The notes under the pieces were generated by a model, which was given only the letters and a program-made list of their open reading frames with translations, had not been told where the DNA came from and did not search any database. The position numbers were made by a program, and so were the translations under genes. From Podarcis melisellensis (Eukaryota): a DNA stretch of 64,000 nt. Positions 12,101 to 25,626 of the stretch are shown in pieces; position 1 is the stretch's first letter; each line of letters starts with the position of its first letter. The stretch is from the NCBI GenBank assembly GCA_964234715.1, contig OZ174290.1; one strand, written 5' to 3'.

Positions 12101-13957
12101 GCTGGGCGAGGGGGCGAGGCTCTGCCAGCTGCGCCACCAGCCAAGCACCTCTTGTTGCAGGCCACAAAGGGCAGGATTCAGAAGGGGCAGAAGGGCCTTG
12201 GGATCCTTGTCTGTCTGTCTGTCTGTCTGTCCGGACTCAGGATTGCCACGCTCACACCTGAGAGATCAATCAATCAACTGGTCGTCCGTCCCCCCCACTG
12301 CTTTGCCAGGATAAGCCCTTTGTATCCTAACCCCACAGCTGCTTGAGAAATGGAGGCCACAAGGGAAGGGAGGGGTGGCATCCTTAGGTGGGGCAGGACA
12401 GACAAAAGCAGCCCGGCAGCCCCCAGGAGGGTTAGCAGGAGCCCCTCAGTCACCCTGGGCCTCCCTCCCAGGCACAGGCAGTGAGTGGAGGCAGAATGTC
12501 TCTCCACAGAGAGCTTTGGGAGGAGAAGTGCCCCAAACAGGCCAGTCGAAGGGGTTTGCTGGCTCTCAGCTGCCCAGTTCCCTGAGGCCTGTGGGCAGGC
12601 ATATCCGGATCAAAGTCAGCCCCGCTTCCATATACAACAGAGGAGCAGAGCATCTGGTGCCAAAAGGCCCTCAGGGTGAGGAAGACCGGGGACAGGCGGG
12701 TGGTGGGGTCCAGAGCCCATGCGGAACAAGATGTCACATTGGTGCTCCCTGCACCGGAGCCTGCTTTGTTGTTGTGCCTTGATCCCCCTCACCACCCCCA
12801 GCAGCCAGGCAGACCCCCGGCTCAGCCCAGTCGCTTGCGGAGCTTCTCCCTCTCCTGCCAGATGTGGCACTGAGGAGAAAGAGCTGGATTCTGCTCAGCC
12901 AAAGCCTCTCCTCCTCCCAGCAGCCAGACCGTCATCTTCCTTTTAAGGAGAAAATATGTTTTCACTGGGAAAGTTCAGTGTCCAGAGCCTGCGGTTGCTG
13001 GAATCCTCCCCTGCTGGAAATGCCTCCTCCCTCAAGAGGCTCAGGGGAGCGGAAAGACTCTGGGGTCCCCTCCTGCGCCCCCCCTGCCCCACTTGATGCG
13101 TTGGACTGATCCAGGCCCTGGTCCTGAGCCGCAGCATTGGGGCAAGAAGGCCCTGCAGACGGGGCCTCCCCAAGCTTGAGAAGGCTCTGCTCCTCTGCCC
13201 AAAGTCTGCTACCTGGCTGCTCTGTGGAGACTGCTGCAAAGGACGTAAGGTGGGGAGGACGGGCAGGGCCTGCCCCCTCCATCCAGGGTCCCCTCGGGGA
13301 CACCAGATAGGAAGTGAGAGAAGTGCCGCTTGCAGCCCTCCATTTTTCAACGGAGGAAACAGGATTTCCTCTGGATGACTCCCCCAGCACAATCCCAGGG
13401 AAAAGCTTCTAAGAATAGGAAATGACTGTATAAGGGCAGATTTGCACTGGGTGCCTGGCAGTTTGGGAGGGGAACTGAGGAGAGCAGCAGAGCAGCTTCG
13501 CTGCTGCAACACAAACACACACACAGAGAGAGGCAGGATCTGTCCAGGAGGGAGGAACTGGCCACTTTTCAGCAGCCTCTTCGCTTTGCACAGATTCAAG
13601 GGCACTGAGGTGGCGGCTCTCTTTTCCTCCCGCTCAGCAATGCTTTTGTCTAGGGCTAAGCACCTTGCTCTGACCCCCTGCAAAGCCAGGATGCTTCCTG
13701 ACATCTTTCCCTTGGGCCTCTTCCACACCTGCTCCACATGCCAAAGGTCCCCAATGGCAGAGCCAAACCTCCCTCTCCACCACACACACACACCCCACTC
13801 CCAGCAAAAGTTGAAAGAGGATGCCTCTCCCACAGAGCACTGGGGCCAGGGGAGTCCTCCTGGGGCCCCAGTGGGGCAGAGGAGGAGGACCGGTTGCCCC
13901 CCAACAACAGGCCACCCTTTTCCCTGACAGGGACTCAGTACCTGCAACCCTGTACAA

Positions 13958-14002
<45 letters not shown>

Positions 14003-17000
14003 TCAGAGCCAGTCTGCGAGAACTAATTAATTGGAAGGGAAAAAGCCCTCGCCCAACCCGTCCTGGGGGGCCCTGACAATGAACAGAGAGCGCTGATCAG
14101 GCGTCCCTCGTGGCTCCTGGCAGGTTGGCACAACGTCCCAGCTCTGAGCCCAGGCGCTGAGCACGCCGCCTGCCCTGTTGATGCCTGACGCCCAGCCCCA
14201 GGAGGCGCTTAATGGCTTGTTTGTTCAGCTCCAGACACAGGCCTCTCCCCACACAGAGGGGGGCGGCATGGTCGTGCCACCCCCAGCCTCACGCCCAGGG
14301 AGGGGCGCCCCAGGAAGGCTCAGGCTTCTCTGCTTCTGTGGCTGGTTGTTGCAAGGAAGGACAACGAGGTCCAGATCCTGCTGCTCCAAGGGGCTCCCCG
14401 GAGCCATTGGGGGCTCCTGGAGGAGCAGAGGCAGGCAGGCAGCTGGGAGGCAGCTGGGGGATGCCACTGACAGACCAGGGCCAATTATTGATTTGCTGCC
14501 GATTCCCACACAAGGCCCCTGGGAATTAAGGGAACAGGAAAGCCTGTGGAGGAGGCAGGGAGGTGGCAAAACGCAGCAGTGGTCTTTCCTGTGGCCCCCG
14601 AAGACCTCCTTCCCCAAGAGCAGCCATGGGGAGAAGGGGCTCTACTGGGGGTTGGGTGGGACCAGGGGGCCAAAATAAGCCACCCTTCAAATTGCCTGAT
14701 CACCAGGTCATTTCCAGGCCCCATTCAAGGGGTTTGCATGGTGCTTGAAGCGGTGAAAGACTTAGGCCTTAAACATCTGAGAGGCCACTTCCAGCCCCTC
14801 TTGGGGAGGAGTAAGATCAGGGGAGGGGGGCCTTCTTGGTAACTCCACTGCCCTTGGATGTTGGGGGGGGGGCTGGAAAAGGCATTCTCTGTGCCAGCCC
14901 CCTTAGGGAGGGACGTGGCCCAGGGGGAGAGGACCTGTCCTGCATGCAGAAGGCACCAGGTTCTGCCCCCAGAGGCATCTCCAGGGAGGGCTGGGAGAGG
15001 GAGTCCTGCCTGAAGCACTAGTGATGGCGCCATGGCTACCAGTCAGTGCGGGTAATACTGAGCTGGGTGGCCCGCTTCCCTTGCTCCCTCCCCGCAGAGG
15101 TGCAGATATCTGGCACCTTCATTGCACAGTGTGCTGAAGATGAACCTCTGCACCCTGGCCTTGAACACTCAAGATGCATATTTTTAGAACCCGGCCTATT
15201 CTTGCGATTGTAATTTGTTTTAATCTGTTTTTAATCTTGTGTTTTAAATTCTTGTAGACCACCCTGGGACCTCAGAGGAACACAAGAGCCTTCTGGATCA
15301 GGGCGGCGGCCCATCCAGCTGGGTGCCCCAATGGGAAGCCCACAAAGAGGTCCTGAGAGCAAGAGCCCTCCCCTGCCAAGGTTTCTAGCCCATAGGACTC
15401 AGGCGAAGCACTGCTGCCTCCCTCTGTGGAGGAAGAGCACAGCCACCAATAGCCTTTACCCCCTTGTATTCCTCTAATCCTCCTTTAAGGCTGTTTGTCT
15501 AATCCTCTTTTAAAGAGCAGGTAATAAAGTGAATAAACAATAAGCTACAGAAATGTTCATCCCATAGGGAACAGTCAGGGGAGCCAAGGAGAACGCCCCC
15601 AACCTCTCCCAGCAGATGGGTGTGGAAAACGCACCTGGAAACAGCCCAGATCCTCCCCTCCTCCTTTTCTGGTAAGCAAACATGGATGGCTCACCCAGGC
15701 CCCCCTGGCTCTTGCTGCTTCTCTGAGGAGACGGCACCTTTGCACGCCCTGAAGTTTGGAGGAGTTCCCCTCTCTCTGTCTCTCTCTCCACAACCTGTGA
15801 CTGCTCAGCACCTGCCGCCAGAGCTCTCCAAATTCCTCTTCCTAGGAAGGCTCCACTTAGTGGTGCTGCTGGCCAAACACTCGTGACTCATTCTTTATTG
15901 CAGGATCCCAGCCAAGGCACACGGAGCAGAACAAACACGTCTCTGGGGACCAGAGTGCCAAGGCGGTGCCCCACCCAGACAAGGGCAGGCAAGGTTTGCC
16001 CAGCCGTCTTGTCAACTCTGAAATGCTGAAACGTCCTCAGAAGAAGCACCACCAAGTCCTGCAGGGGCTTACTCAACGTGGCTCGGCGGGAAGCGCCTGC
16101 TTGCCGTGCAAAAGGTCCAGGCCCTGTGGCGTCCTGGAGAGCCACCAGGCGGCCAGCCAGAGGGACCAAAGGTCTGACCAAGGCAGCTTCCTGCCCTCAG
16201 CAGCTGGGGTGTGGCTGCAGTTCTGTTCCACCATGCCAGCCTCTTTCCATCATCATTCCTTTCAGATTGTGAGTCTGCTTGACTTTAAGTCCCAGATGAA
16301 GAACCAAGCTGAGCTGTTCGGCTGCCTTGCTGCCAGCCCTGTCTGGCCAAATAAAACCAGGTCCCCTTCTGATTCTGCTTGTGTGTCCCCCCCCATCTCG
16401 CATTACACAAAATGCAGAAACCAAAATTATCTCAGTCAACCATCACACGTCCCCTGCTAAATCAGGGATGGGAAATCGGCAGACTGTCAGATGTTGCTGG
16501 ACTCCAACTCACATCACGGCCAAAGATGATGGGAACTGTAATCCAACCAGCATTCAAAACTTGCCAGGCGCTGGGCGCATTTTGCCCCTGCCTACTGGCC
16601 ACTTGCAATGAAGTGAAGATGCCTGGGCGCCAGGATGACACCAGACGTCTTCTCCATCTGGAGGTGCCTGCCTGGGGATCCCTGGGTCTGGACTGTTTTC
16701 ACACACTAGCAACGCAACCTGTTCAGATTCTATCTGTGATATTTTACCTGCACAATCAGAATGAATTTCAGGAACCAAAACGTCATATTGAAAAATATGA
16801 CTTTCAAGGCGTCTGGTGCCCAAATGGCAACTAGGCATTTAGTTTTCGTAACTTTAACCCTGGTTTAAAGAGCCATTTGGAGCCTAGCATATATATCCGA
16901 GTTTCTAACAGAGTCCAGCGTTATCTGGAGGACCACTCAGGCAGTGTTCAAAATTCCCCAGGCGCAAGGCGCATTTCGTGCCTGGCGCAGGTCCAATTGC

Positions 17001-18121
17001 AAACAAGTGAAGATGCCTTGTTGCCAGGTTTCATAGCTGACATTGCCACCATCTGGCTGGCGTGCAGCAGTTTTCTGTTCCTGCATGCTCACGCATCAAA
17101 AGACATTGCTGCATGCCAGCCAGCCTGCCAATCTGTGGCGATGTCTTGTTGCTATAATAAACATCATTGGGGGGGAAAGGCAACTGGACAGTGCATTGTG
17201 GTGACTGTAACCAGGGTTTGAAATTAGCAGAGTGCCAGGCGCATTTTGCGCCTAAAGATTCTCCATTTGAGAGCACCTCAAAAAGTCTGGGTGCCATTTT
17301 TGCAACTGGATGACACTCCAGGATTCCTGAAATGTAGGTGCTTTGAAGCCTTGAAGCAGGCGTTAAGAATAGACAATACGTTAAGGAATTTAACAATAGA
17401 GTAGAGAGTTTTGAAAACTCAAGTATGGTACCAATATTTATATCGTTAACACCAAATTAAACATGCATTAACAGTGTTGCTGACTGCCCCAGTGGTGACT
17501 AGACATTCTGTTTTAACACCCACAACCCAGGTCTCAGAAACCATTAGGCTCCTAGCTTTCGTATCCCAGTTTCTCACACTGACCGTAACCTAGATTCAAG
17601 GTGTCATTTGGCGATAAGCTTACCTACCTGAGTTTCTAATACTGCACCCCGACACTACAGATCTGCTTTACACCCACAATATATACACACATGAAAGGCT
17701 CAGGGAGCTAGGGACACTTCTGATCCCAGAGGCTGGACCCACAATTGCAACAGCCACCTGCACCTTTGCCGCTGTCCTTACAGAGGCGCTGGGGAGTGGG
17801 GCAATCCCGCAGCGCCTTCTCCAGGAAGCGTTATGGGGCAAGGCAGGGGGAGCCCTGCCTGGGCTGCAGACTGATGGCAGCTCTGCTTCCAGCCTGTCAT
17901 GGCAAGCCCCCCCTCCGCACAAGTCAGGCCCATGGAATGAATGGAATGCAGTTTGTGTCGAGATCTGGAGAGGGTGGGAAAGGGGGAGAGAGCTGACTTC
18001 AGTCCTACTTTCCACAGCGGGGAGGAGTGGCAATGCCAGCGTGTGGAGAATCTTGCTGAAATTCCTCTCTTGCACGGGACCCAAGTGGGGGAGAGGGAAG
18101 CAGAGGAGAGGAGCAAGGGAG

Positions 18122-18206
<85 letters not shown>

Positions 18207-21200
18207 CAAGCGTGCAGGGCCCTCCGCAACAATGCTGGCAATGAGAGGAGAGCAGGAACACCCGGGGACAAAATGTCAGGAGGGAGGCTTTCGTGCTCCC
18301 AGAGCCCCGAGTGCCTGGAACAAGACGCAGCTGCTGGTTCTTCCTGCCATCCCCACAGGCAGGGAGAAGGGCCTGGGTGGGGAAAGCTGGAAACCTCCTT
18401 TGTCCAAGGAAAAGCACGGGAACCCACCAGCCTCACAAGTCCCAAGCCCTGAATCCCTACAATTCAAACTCCAAGGCAGTAAGTGGGACCCAATTCCCAG
18501 GGCTGCGCTGAGTTGCAGGCCTGGAAAAGGCTGGGATTTGGAATGTTTTATGTCCTGTATGTAAATGATTTCTATTCTTAGCAGCCTTTCCCCTCAAGAA
18601 CCTTCTTTCTCTCTCAGCAGAAGAATCTCCCTTGCCAAATATAAAAGTGTCTCAAGTGCTCTTGTTCCAGAGGACTTTAGCCCCCCACCCAGGAATTTCC
18701 CATGCCCCCTTCAGCTGCCACTCCCAGCAAACAACCCACAGATGTGGGTCCAAGCCCCACCCCGGAGGGCAGATGGTCCTTCTCTCTCTGACATGCCGCA
18801 TTCTCATCCCACAAGTGGGGGGAGAGGGGGGCAAGGCCAGCCAGGGACAGGCGACTTCCTAAGGAACCACTCAAGCCAGCTGGAGGGTTTGCTCTTGACA
18901 GAGCACACACAGGGATCCCAGCAACCTTCCTGAGCATAATGAGGGCGATGGTGAGGGACAAGACACATTCAGGCACCTTCAGTTTGCAGCATACTCATGA
19001 TTATCGCCTGGAGTAAGCAATGTCTTGTTTTGCTTCTCAAAGGCACCAGAGGAGAAGAACAGAAGGAGAGTCTGCTGGGACAGGCCAACAGCCCACCTAG
19101 TCCAACAAACTGCTCTCATAGGGGGCCAACCAGATTCCCATTGTGGGAATCCCGCAAGCAGGATCCAAACACAAAACCCTCTCCCCTCCCGCAATTTCTA
19201 GCAACTGGTATTCAGAAGCATCACTGCCTCTGACCATGGAGGAAGAACACAGCCCTCCTGGCTAGTGGACATTGATAGCCTCCTTCTCCTCCTCCATGCA
19301 TCTGTCCAAGCCTCTTTTAAAGCCGCCCACACTGGTGGCTACCCCTGCCTCCTGCAGGAGCGAGTTCCACAGGTTAAACATGTGGTTTGTGAAGGACTTT
19401 CTTTTGTCTTCCCCAATTTACTGGATGTCCACAAGTCCTTGTACCACGGGGGAGAAAAACCTCTTTTGCCAATATGCAAAACTCCCCATCATGTCCTGCC
19501 TCACTCACTTACCTAAACCAAAAAGGCCCCCCAAAGTTGTAACCTGCCCTGATAGAGGAGTCTCTCCACACACACACCCTGTTCACTTTGGTGCCCCCCT
19601 CTCCTTTTAAAATCACTATTCATTGATATTACCTGCAGTCCTGCACAGCAGTTTGAGCCCACAGCATTTCACAACAAAACATCCCCCTAGCCTTCAGTTT
19701 TGGAGACCCCAATGAGAGGCTAGCACTTCCCTGACCGCAGGAGCAGATTGCTTTGTGACAGAAGGCAAAAAAAACAAAACACAGGTGATCATTTGTTGCA
19801 CTATCCACAAGTTGACAGATTCCTTTGGGAGGGGGTCCCTCATTTCCAGGACTGTGTTCATAATACACACCATTCTCCACCAAATGTGTTTGGCTGCCTT
19901 CTTCTGAACCCTTTCCAGCTTGAAAAGACCCTTTTTAAGGCAGGGCAACCAGAACTGTACACCATATTCCAAATGTTTTGTATAATGGTACTGGGAAAGC
20001 GGGAGTTTCATTTTCAATCTCTTTCCTAATGGCCCAGGCATGGCATTTGCCTTGTTCATGGCTGATGCAGCACACTGAGTCAACATCTTCACAGAGCTAT
20101 TTGCTATGTCCCAAGGTTTCATAGCTGGTCAGTCGTTGCCAGTTCAGACGCCGTAAGAGTAGATGTGAAATTTAGATTATTATTTTTTTGCCCCAACATG
20201 CATCACCTTCCATTTGCTTACAAGGAATTGCATTCCCCATTTTACTTCCCACTTGCTCAGTTGCGGGGAGGGGGGCGGAAGTAGTGGGAAAGAAAAGTAG
20301 GAGAGAGGACTCTGCCTTGCACATCCTGCACAGAGAGAGAGATGGACCTGAAGGCTGAGGCACTCTGCATTTGAATCCCCGCGTAGCCAGGTGAACATCA
20401 ACCAGGCGCCTCCTCTCAGTCTAATCTACTCCACAGGATTGTTGTGAGAATAGGATAAGCCTCTGCCTGCTCACACACACACATATTGAAGGAAGAGCAG
20501 GATGAATGAAAAAGCACCTGAGTTCAAGGAAGGGAGTGTTCACCAAGCTTTGTGTACAACCAGCCAGTGGGCTGCCCCTCCTTGTGGGAGATTTTGGCTC
20601 TGTTGTGACAAGCACTAGACAAGGATGCAAATAAATATTAGGCTCCATCTGTTTAACCTGGGAAGGAAGGGAGGCTGGGAGGGCAGAGAGACCTGCAGAA
20701 CTGCATCTGAATACGCACCAGCCTCTTTCCAGGATTAGAACGGTACCCTCCCTCTTGCATGAAGTGCTAACACTTCACTCTGCATTGTCTCAGGGATCTC
20801 TCAGTGGTTCTTCATTGGGTGAGACTCAGGCAAGTGAAGAGAGGAAAGAGAATTGACTCAAAGAGGAAGACACAAGATTTACCCACCCAGGAAGAATGGC
20901 AGATGAAGTTGATGAACTACATGGAACTGGCGGAAATGACTGGCAGAATCCGAGACCAGGGAGAAGAGTCGGTGGAAGATTGGAAAAAAATTAAAGACTA
21001 TTTACAGAAACATTGTAAAATTAATGAATGTTAGAAGGATGCTGGAATGAAGTTATATGGCTTTAGCAGAAATGTTATAAAGAATTAAGTAAAAATAGAT
21101 TGTTAATGGGCCAAAGGGGGAAAGTAAGGTTAGATTGTGTTAAGATAAATTATAGGACAAAAACTGAGAAAGATGGAAAGGATTTGCTGAAATAGCTAAC

Positions 21201-24200
21201 TGAACTAGAATACAAAAAAGGGAGGTGTGAGGAGGTTGGTGAAACAAGTAAATGAAAGATAAGATATGGAAATATTGGATGTGTTTTTAATTGTTTCTGT
21301 TTTTGTTTTGTTAAGATAAATAGTGTTTTTTTGTTTTTTATGTATTGTAATGTATTGTTTTGTTTAAATTTGTTCTTTTTTCTTCTTTCTGTAATCCTTA
21401 AACCCTTAAGAAACATTATTATTTTTTTTAAAAAAGAGAATTGACTCAAAGGGCTCCAAAAGTGGTCATCCCCCCCCCCCACTTCAAAATGGCAGGGGGG
21501 CAGGAGGCTCTGGGCGGGGAGAGGGGGCAGGAGGGAGGAGAAAGGATGCCCTGTGCTTTTCAGGAAAGCTCTGCCCAGGCCCAGCCAAATGCCACCAAGA
21601 AGCCAAGAAGGACCTGAGATGCAACAGGTGGTGTGGGAGCAAAGCACACAGCCCAGGATATAAAAGGCAGTTCAATCTAAAACCAATAATCCACTCCCTT
21701 GGAAAAGCCACCAGGCAGGACTCATGCCAGGCCCTCTAGGGAGGCAAGGGGAGGGGCTGGGAGGCCCCATGGAAGTCTTTTACCTGTCAACAGGATAAGG
21801 GCTTCCACCCAGAAGCTGCTCAACTGGCCCCATCGGCAGCCAGCGCTGCCTGTTTAAACGACAGAAGCCAGGAAATTAGCCAGGCTGCAGCTAAGCGAGT
21901 TAGAGGCATTGTAAGCTTGCTCTTATGTTATTAAACCAAGCTGGCCAGGGAAACAAAGGCTCAGAATGTGCAGGGCAGGCATGATTTCGGGGACACCAAG
22001 TCTGGCCAACAAAATGCATTTTTCCTGCACAAAGAACGGCTCAGAACTGAGCCACTGGTGTCGAAGGAAGCCCACCCAGAACATCCAGCCAGGACTCCCC
22101 TCTCCTGGAGCAGCAAAGGCTTCCTGCTGGAACCACGGCAGAACAGGCTGCAGCTGAGACAGTCCCTCCCACTGTGTCTCACTAGCAAAGAGTCACAGCT
22201 CCAAAGTCCTCCTGGGATCATCCATGAGCACCACGGAAGTGGACAAGGCCTTCCTCTCTCAGCAGCAGCAGCGCTGCACCCAGGTGCCCCTCCCTCAGAG
22301 GCACCACAGAAAGCAGAATCCACTTCTCCCAGCACTTCCGGACAGGTCTGAGAAAAGAGTTCCATTGCTCTGCTCCCCTCCATCACATCCCGAGAACCCA
22401 GCCATGGTAGTTTAGGTACCAGCTCTGCGTCAGGCTGGCAGAGGCTTCAGACCTGCAAGCTGGCACCAGCATCCAATCTCCAAATGTTCTGGCAACCTGA
22501 CATATGGTTTTTCCCCAGCCCAACTCACAAATGTAAGATAAGGGTTTTTTCAAGTGCAGTAAATTCAAAAGCTGCGATCGGGAACCAATACTGCTCTCCT
22601 CCATGGCACCCAATTTTGGGGGGGGGGGACGGGGACTCTGCAGATCTCATCCGCTTATCCAAGGTACAAATGGGCAGGGGGGAGGTGGAGAGAACCCGTG
22701 TCTAAGAGCTTCTCAGGCAGACACAGACTGCCATGCCCTTATCACACCTCCTTGGCTGAGACCCCCCAACCCTCCGTTCCACTGTGCGGCAACTGGGAGC
22801 CAGGAGACCTTCAAGCAGCCTCTGCAGAGGTCACCTGCTATGCTTCCTTTCCTCTTTGCATCAAGCCACTCTTGGCAATGCTGCTTGTGACTAAGAGCTT
22901 CCATAACACTCATAAGCAACAGGAAATAAGAGCCCAGCAGCTCAGCCCAGAAAGATTAGGTAGCCCACCCTGAGAACAAAAAAATCCCCTTTGGGGCAGT
23001 TCTTGACTTTCCGCTCAGAGTCCAGCTTCCCTGACCTGGGGAAGGGGGGAGAGTGTGTCTGTGTGACTCCTCCTAAGGCCACAGGGTTTCCCTGAAATCA
23101 CCAAGCACTGGAATGCAAAACGGAATATGAAAATGTACACGCCTAAACCCTGAGCAGAGCAAGAATACCTTGCCCTCTCCCAGGACGTCCACTAAGTAAG
23201 CATCCCGCCTGCCCTTGCAGCTGTGGATTTGCTGACCTCAGGTCACTTTTAATTAATGCCAAATTCACTCCAAGGGCTCGGCCTGCTAACAACCTTGACA
23301 GAGACACAAGTTGCAAGACACCCACAGAAAGGTGGCAGAGTCCAACTCATTTTCCTCCCCAAGGTCACCGGAGGTTTCATCCCTTCTGGCAGACCCTCAC
23401 CCTCACTCCCACTGCACTGAACAGCGACCCCAACTCTCTCACCAGGCACTTGGAAAGCCACACACACACACACACACACACAAGCAGATGAATCTCCACT
23501 CCCTCAACAACACAACTGCAAGCCTGGTCAGCAGGACATACCTGCCCATTATGGGACATCGCCTGGAGTCGAGTCCCAAGATAATCAAAGAAACACAAAA
23601 ACGTAACACAGTATAGGAATCCTCCTGGCCTGCATCTGGGATGTGAGGTTCCCATACACTGTTATATACTGCTTATACATATTTGTACTATATATGAGTG
23701 GTTCCCAATTGGTGGTTCGTGGACCCCAGCGGATCCATGTAACCCACCCAGAGGGTCCTTGGCTCCATTCACATAACAAAAACTATCATAGAGATATCAA
23801 AGTTTTCAAAAGTAGGAGGTCCATGGCTTGGCTTTTGAAAAGCATATTACTTTGGAATCACTTATAATGAGATTTTTGTTTTAAAAAAAGAAATATTATT
23901 ATAGTGACTTGCCCAGTGGAAAGTTAAACATGGAAGTATAATATGCTACATATGGGAGCAGAGTGCTTCTTGCCCATTTCCCACAGGCATCTGGTTGGGA
24001 AAAGGTGCTGGACGGGATGGGCCATGGGCCTGATCCAGAAGGCAGCCTGAGTGGCTACCCAGGAGAAAGTCCAGTTGAGGCTGAATCTGCCAGGTTGCCT
24101 TGCCTTGTCTTTTAACACAGCCAGAGGCCCCTGCTGCACCCAGAAGGGAGGTGGGCTTCACACCTGAGCTCTGAGTGGGGCGTATTCACGTGTAGCTGCT

Positions 24201-25593
24201 GCCTGGCATACAGGACCGGGGGTGGGGGTTGGAACGGGTGGCAGCAAGTGGGTATGCCGTGCCATGGCCTGCTTCTCCAGAGCCACCATCCCCCTGTGCC
24301 TCAGTTTCCCCGCCTTCCCTCCGGGAGAGCAGCCTCTGCTGCCTCGTCTTCTCCCCAGGGGAAGGCGCGCGTCTTCGGCGAGGAAGCGGCTGGCTGGCAG
24401 CAGACGGATTAGGCTGAGGAGCAAGAGCCACGCTTCGCCGCGGGCAGCCCAGATGCCCTTCCGCTTTCGGGCGGCGGCGGCGCCCTCGCAGACCCGCCCC
24501 GCCCCGGGGCAGCCGCCTCCCTCCTGCTCCGGCGCAGCCAACTCCGGCGCCGAAGCGAAGTTGTTGTCGGCAGCGCCAGAGCGGGGCCTCCTCGGGAGAA
24601 AGCGAGACCCGCCGCCCCCCGGGACACCGGCCCAGCCCTCGCCGCGGGGAGCCCACCGGGGAGGGGTCGCATTCACAAGTGACACGCGGACACGGGACTC
24701 CTCCTCTGCACGTGGAGACCTAGCTCCTCAGGGTCGGAGGAGGCGGGGCTGCGGAGGGGGGAGAGGAGCCCCGCCCCCTCAGCCCCTCCGGGGTCGCCGC
24801 GCGCGAGAAGGTCCCGCAGCTCCGCCGGGCTGCCTTCGCCCCCGTGGGATACCCAGTCCAGCGGGCGGCGGGAGAGGCGCTCTGCCCATGCTCAGAGGTC
24901 CCTCCTCCGCCTCGCCGCTCCCTCCTGGCCTACCTTGCTGAGTGAGCTGCTGCCGCCTGGCCCTCCCGCTCCGCCGCGCCCTCCTCGTGCCCCGTCGGCG
25001 ACGGTCGCTCCAGCCGCTTGATCGGATCGGCGGCGGCAATTGGGGCTCCCGTCACGGGCCGGGCGGAGCCGTGGCAAGGGCGGAGTGCGCCTGCGCGGCG
25101 GGGCTGGCGAACCGGCCTGGCTCGGGCCCTCCCGGGGGGCGGGGGCAGGAGGGCAGGAGAGCGGCCTGGCCACGCCCCTCCGCGCCTGCGCGACCCTCTC
25201 TGCTCCCCCGCCCCCGCGGGCCCCTTTGCGCGGGAAAGGCGCGGGCGCGCGAGAAGCCACCTCGGGACGGGGCGCCTCGGTGTCCCTGAGGGAACTTCCT
25301 CCGCCGCCCCGCTAGGTGAGGCGTTTCCCCGCCTCGGTCGCGCTCGAGGGGCCCATCCCTGGTGGAGCTGGAGGGCCTCTCGGCGGCGCTTGGGCCTGAC
25401 ACCCGCCCTCAGAGCCGCCACCGCTGCTGCCCGTCCGAGTGGGCAGCGCTGAGCGAGGCCTGAGCGGGTCCGAGGCGGCTCCCCGCGCAGTGAGAGGGAT
25501 CCGGGCGAAGGCCTCCTCGCCCTGCCTTGGGCCGGCCGGCTCTTTCCAGAGGAGCCTCGTCCTTGTTGCCGGAGGGCCTCTCTGGGCCACGGC

Positions 25594-25626
<33 letters not shown>

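Noticed and set aside
12943-13947. 334-aa minus-strand ORF
   Set aside because: Non-ATG start, runs through dinucleotide repeats, no domain-like features.
13738-14076. polyQ/polyA ORFs
   Set aside because: Translation of an intronic CAG microsatellite.
17668-18564. ORFs with FFLS / KKER repeats
   Set aside because: Translation of the (GAAA)n microsatellite.
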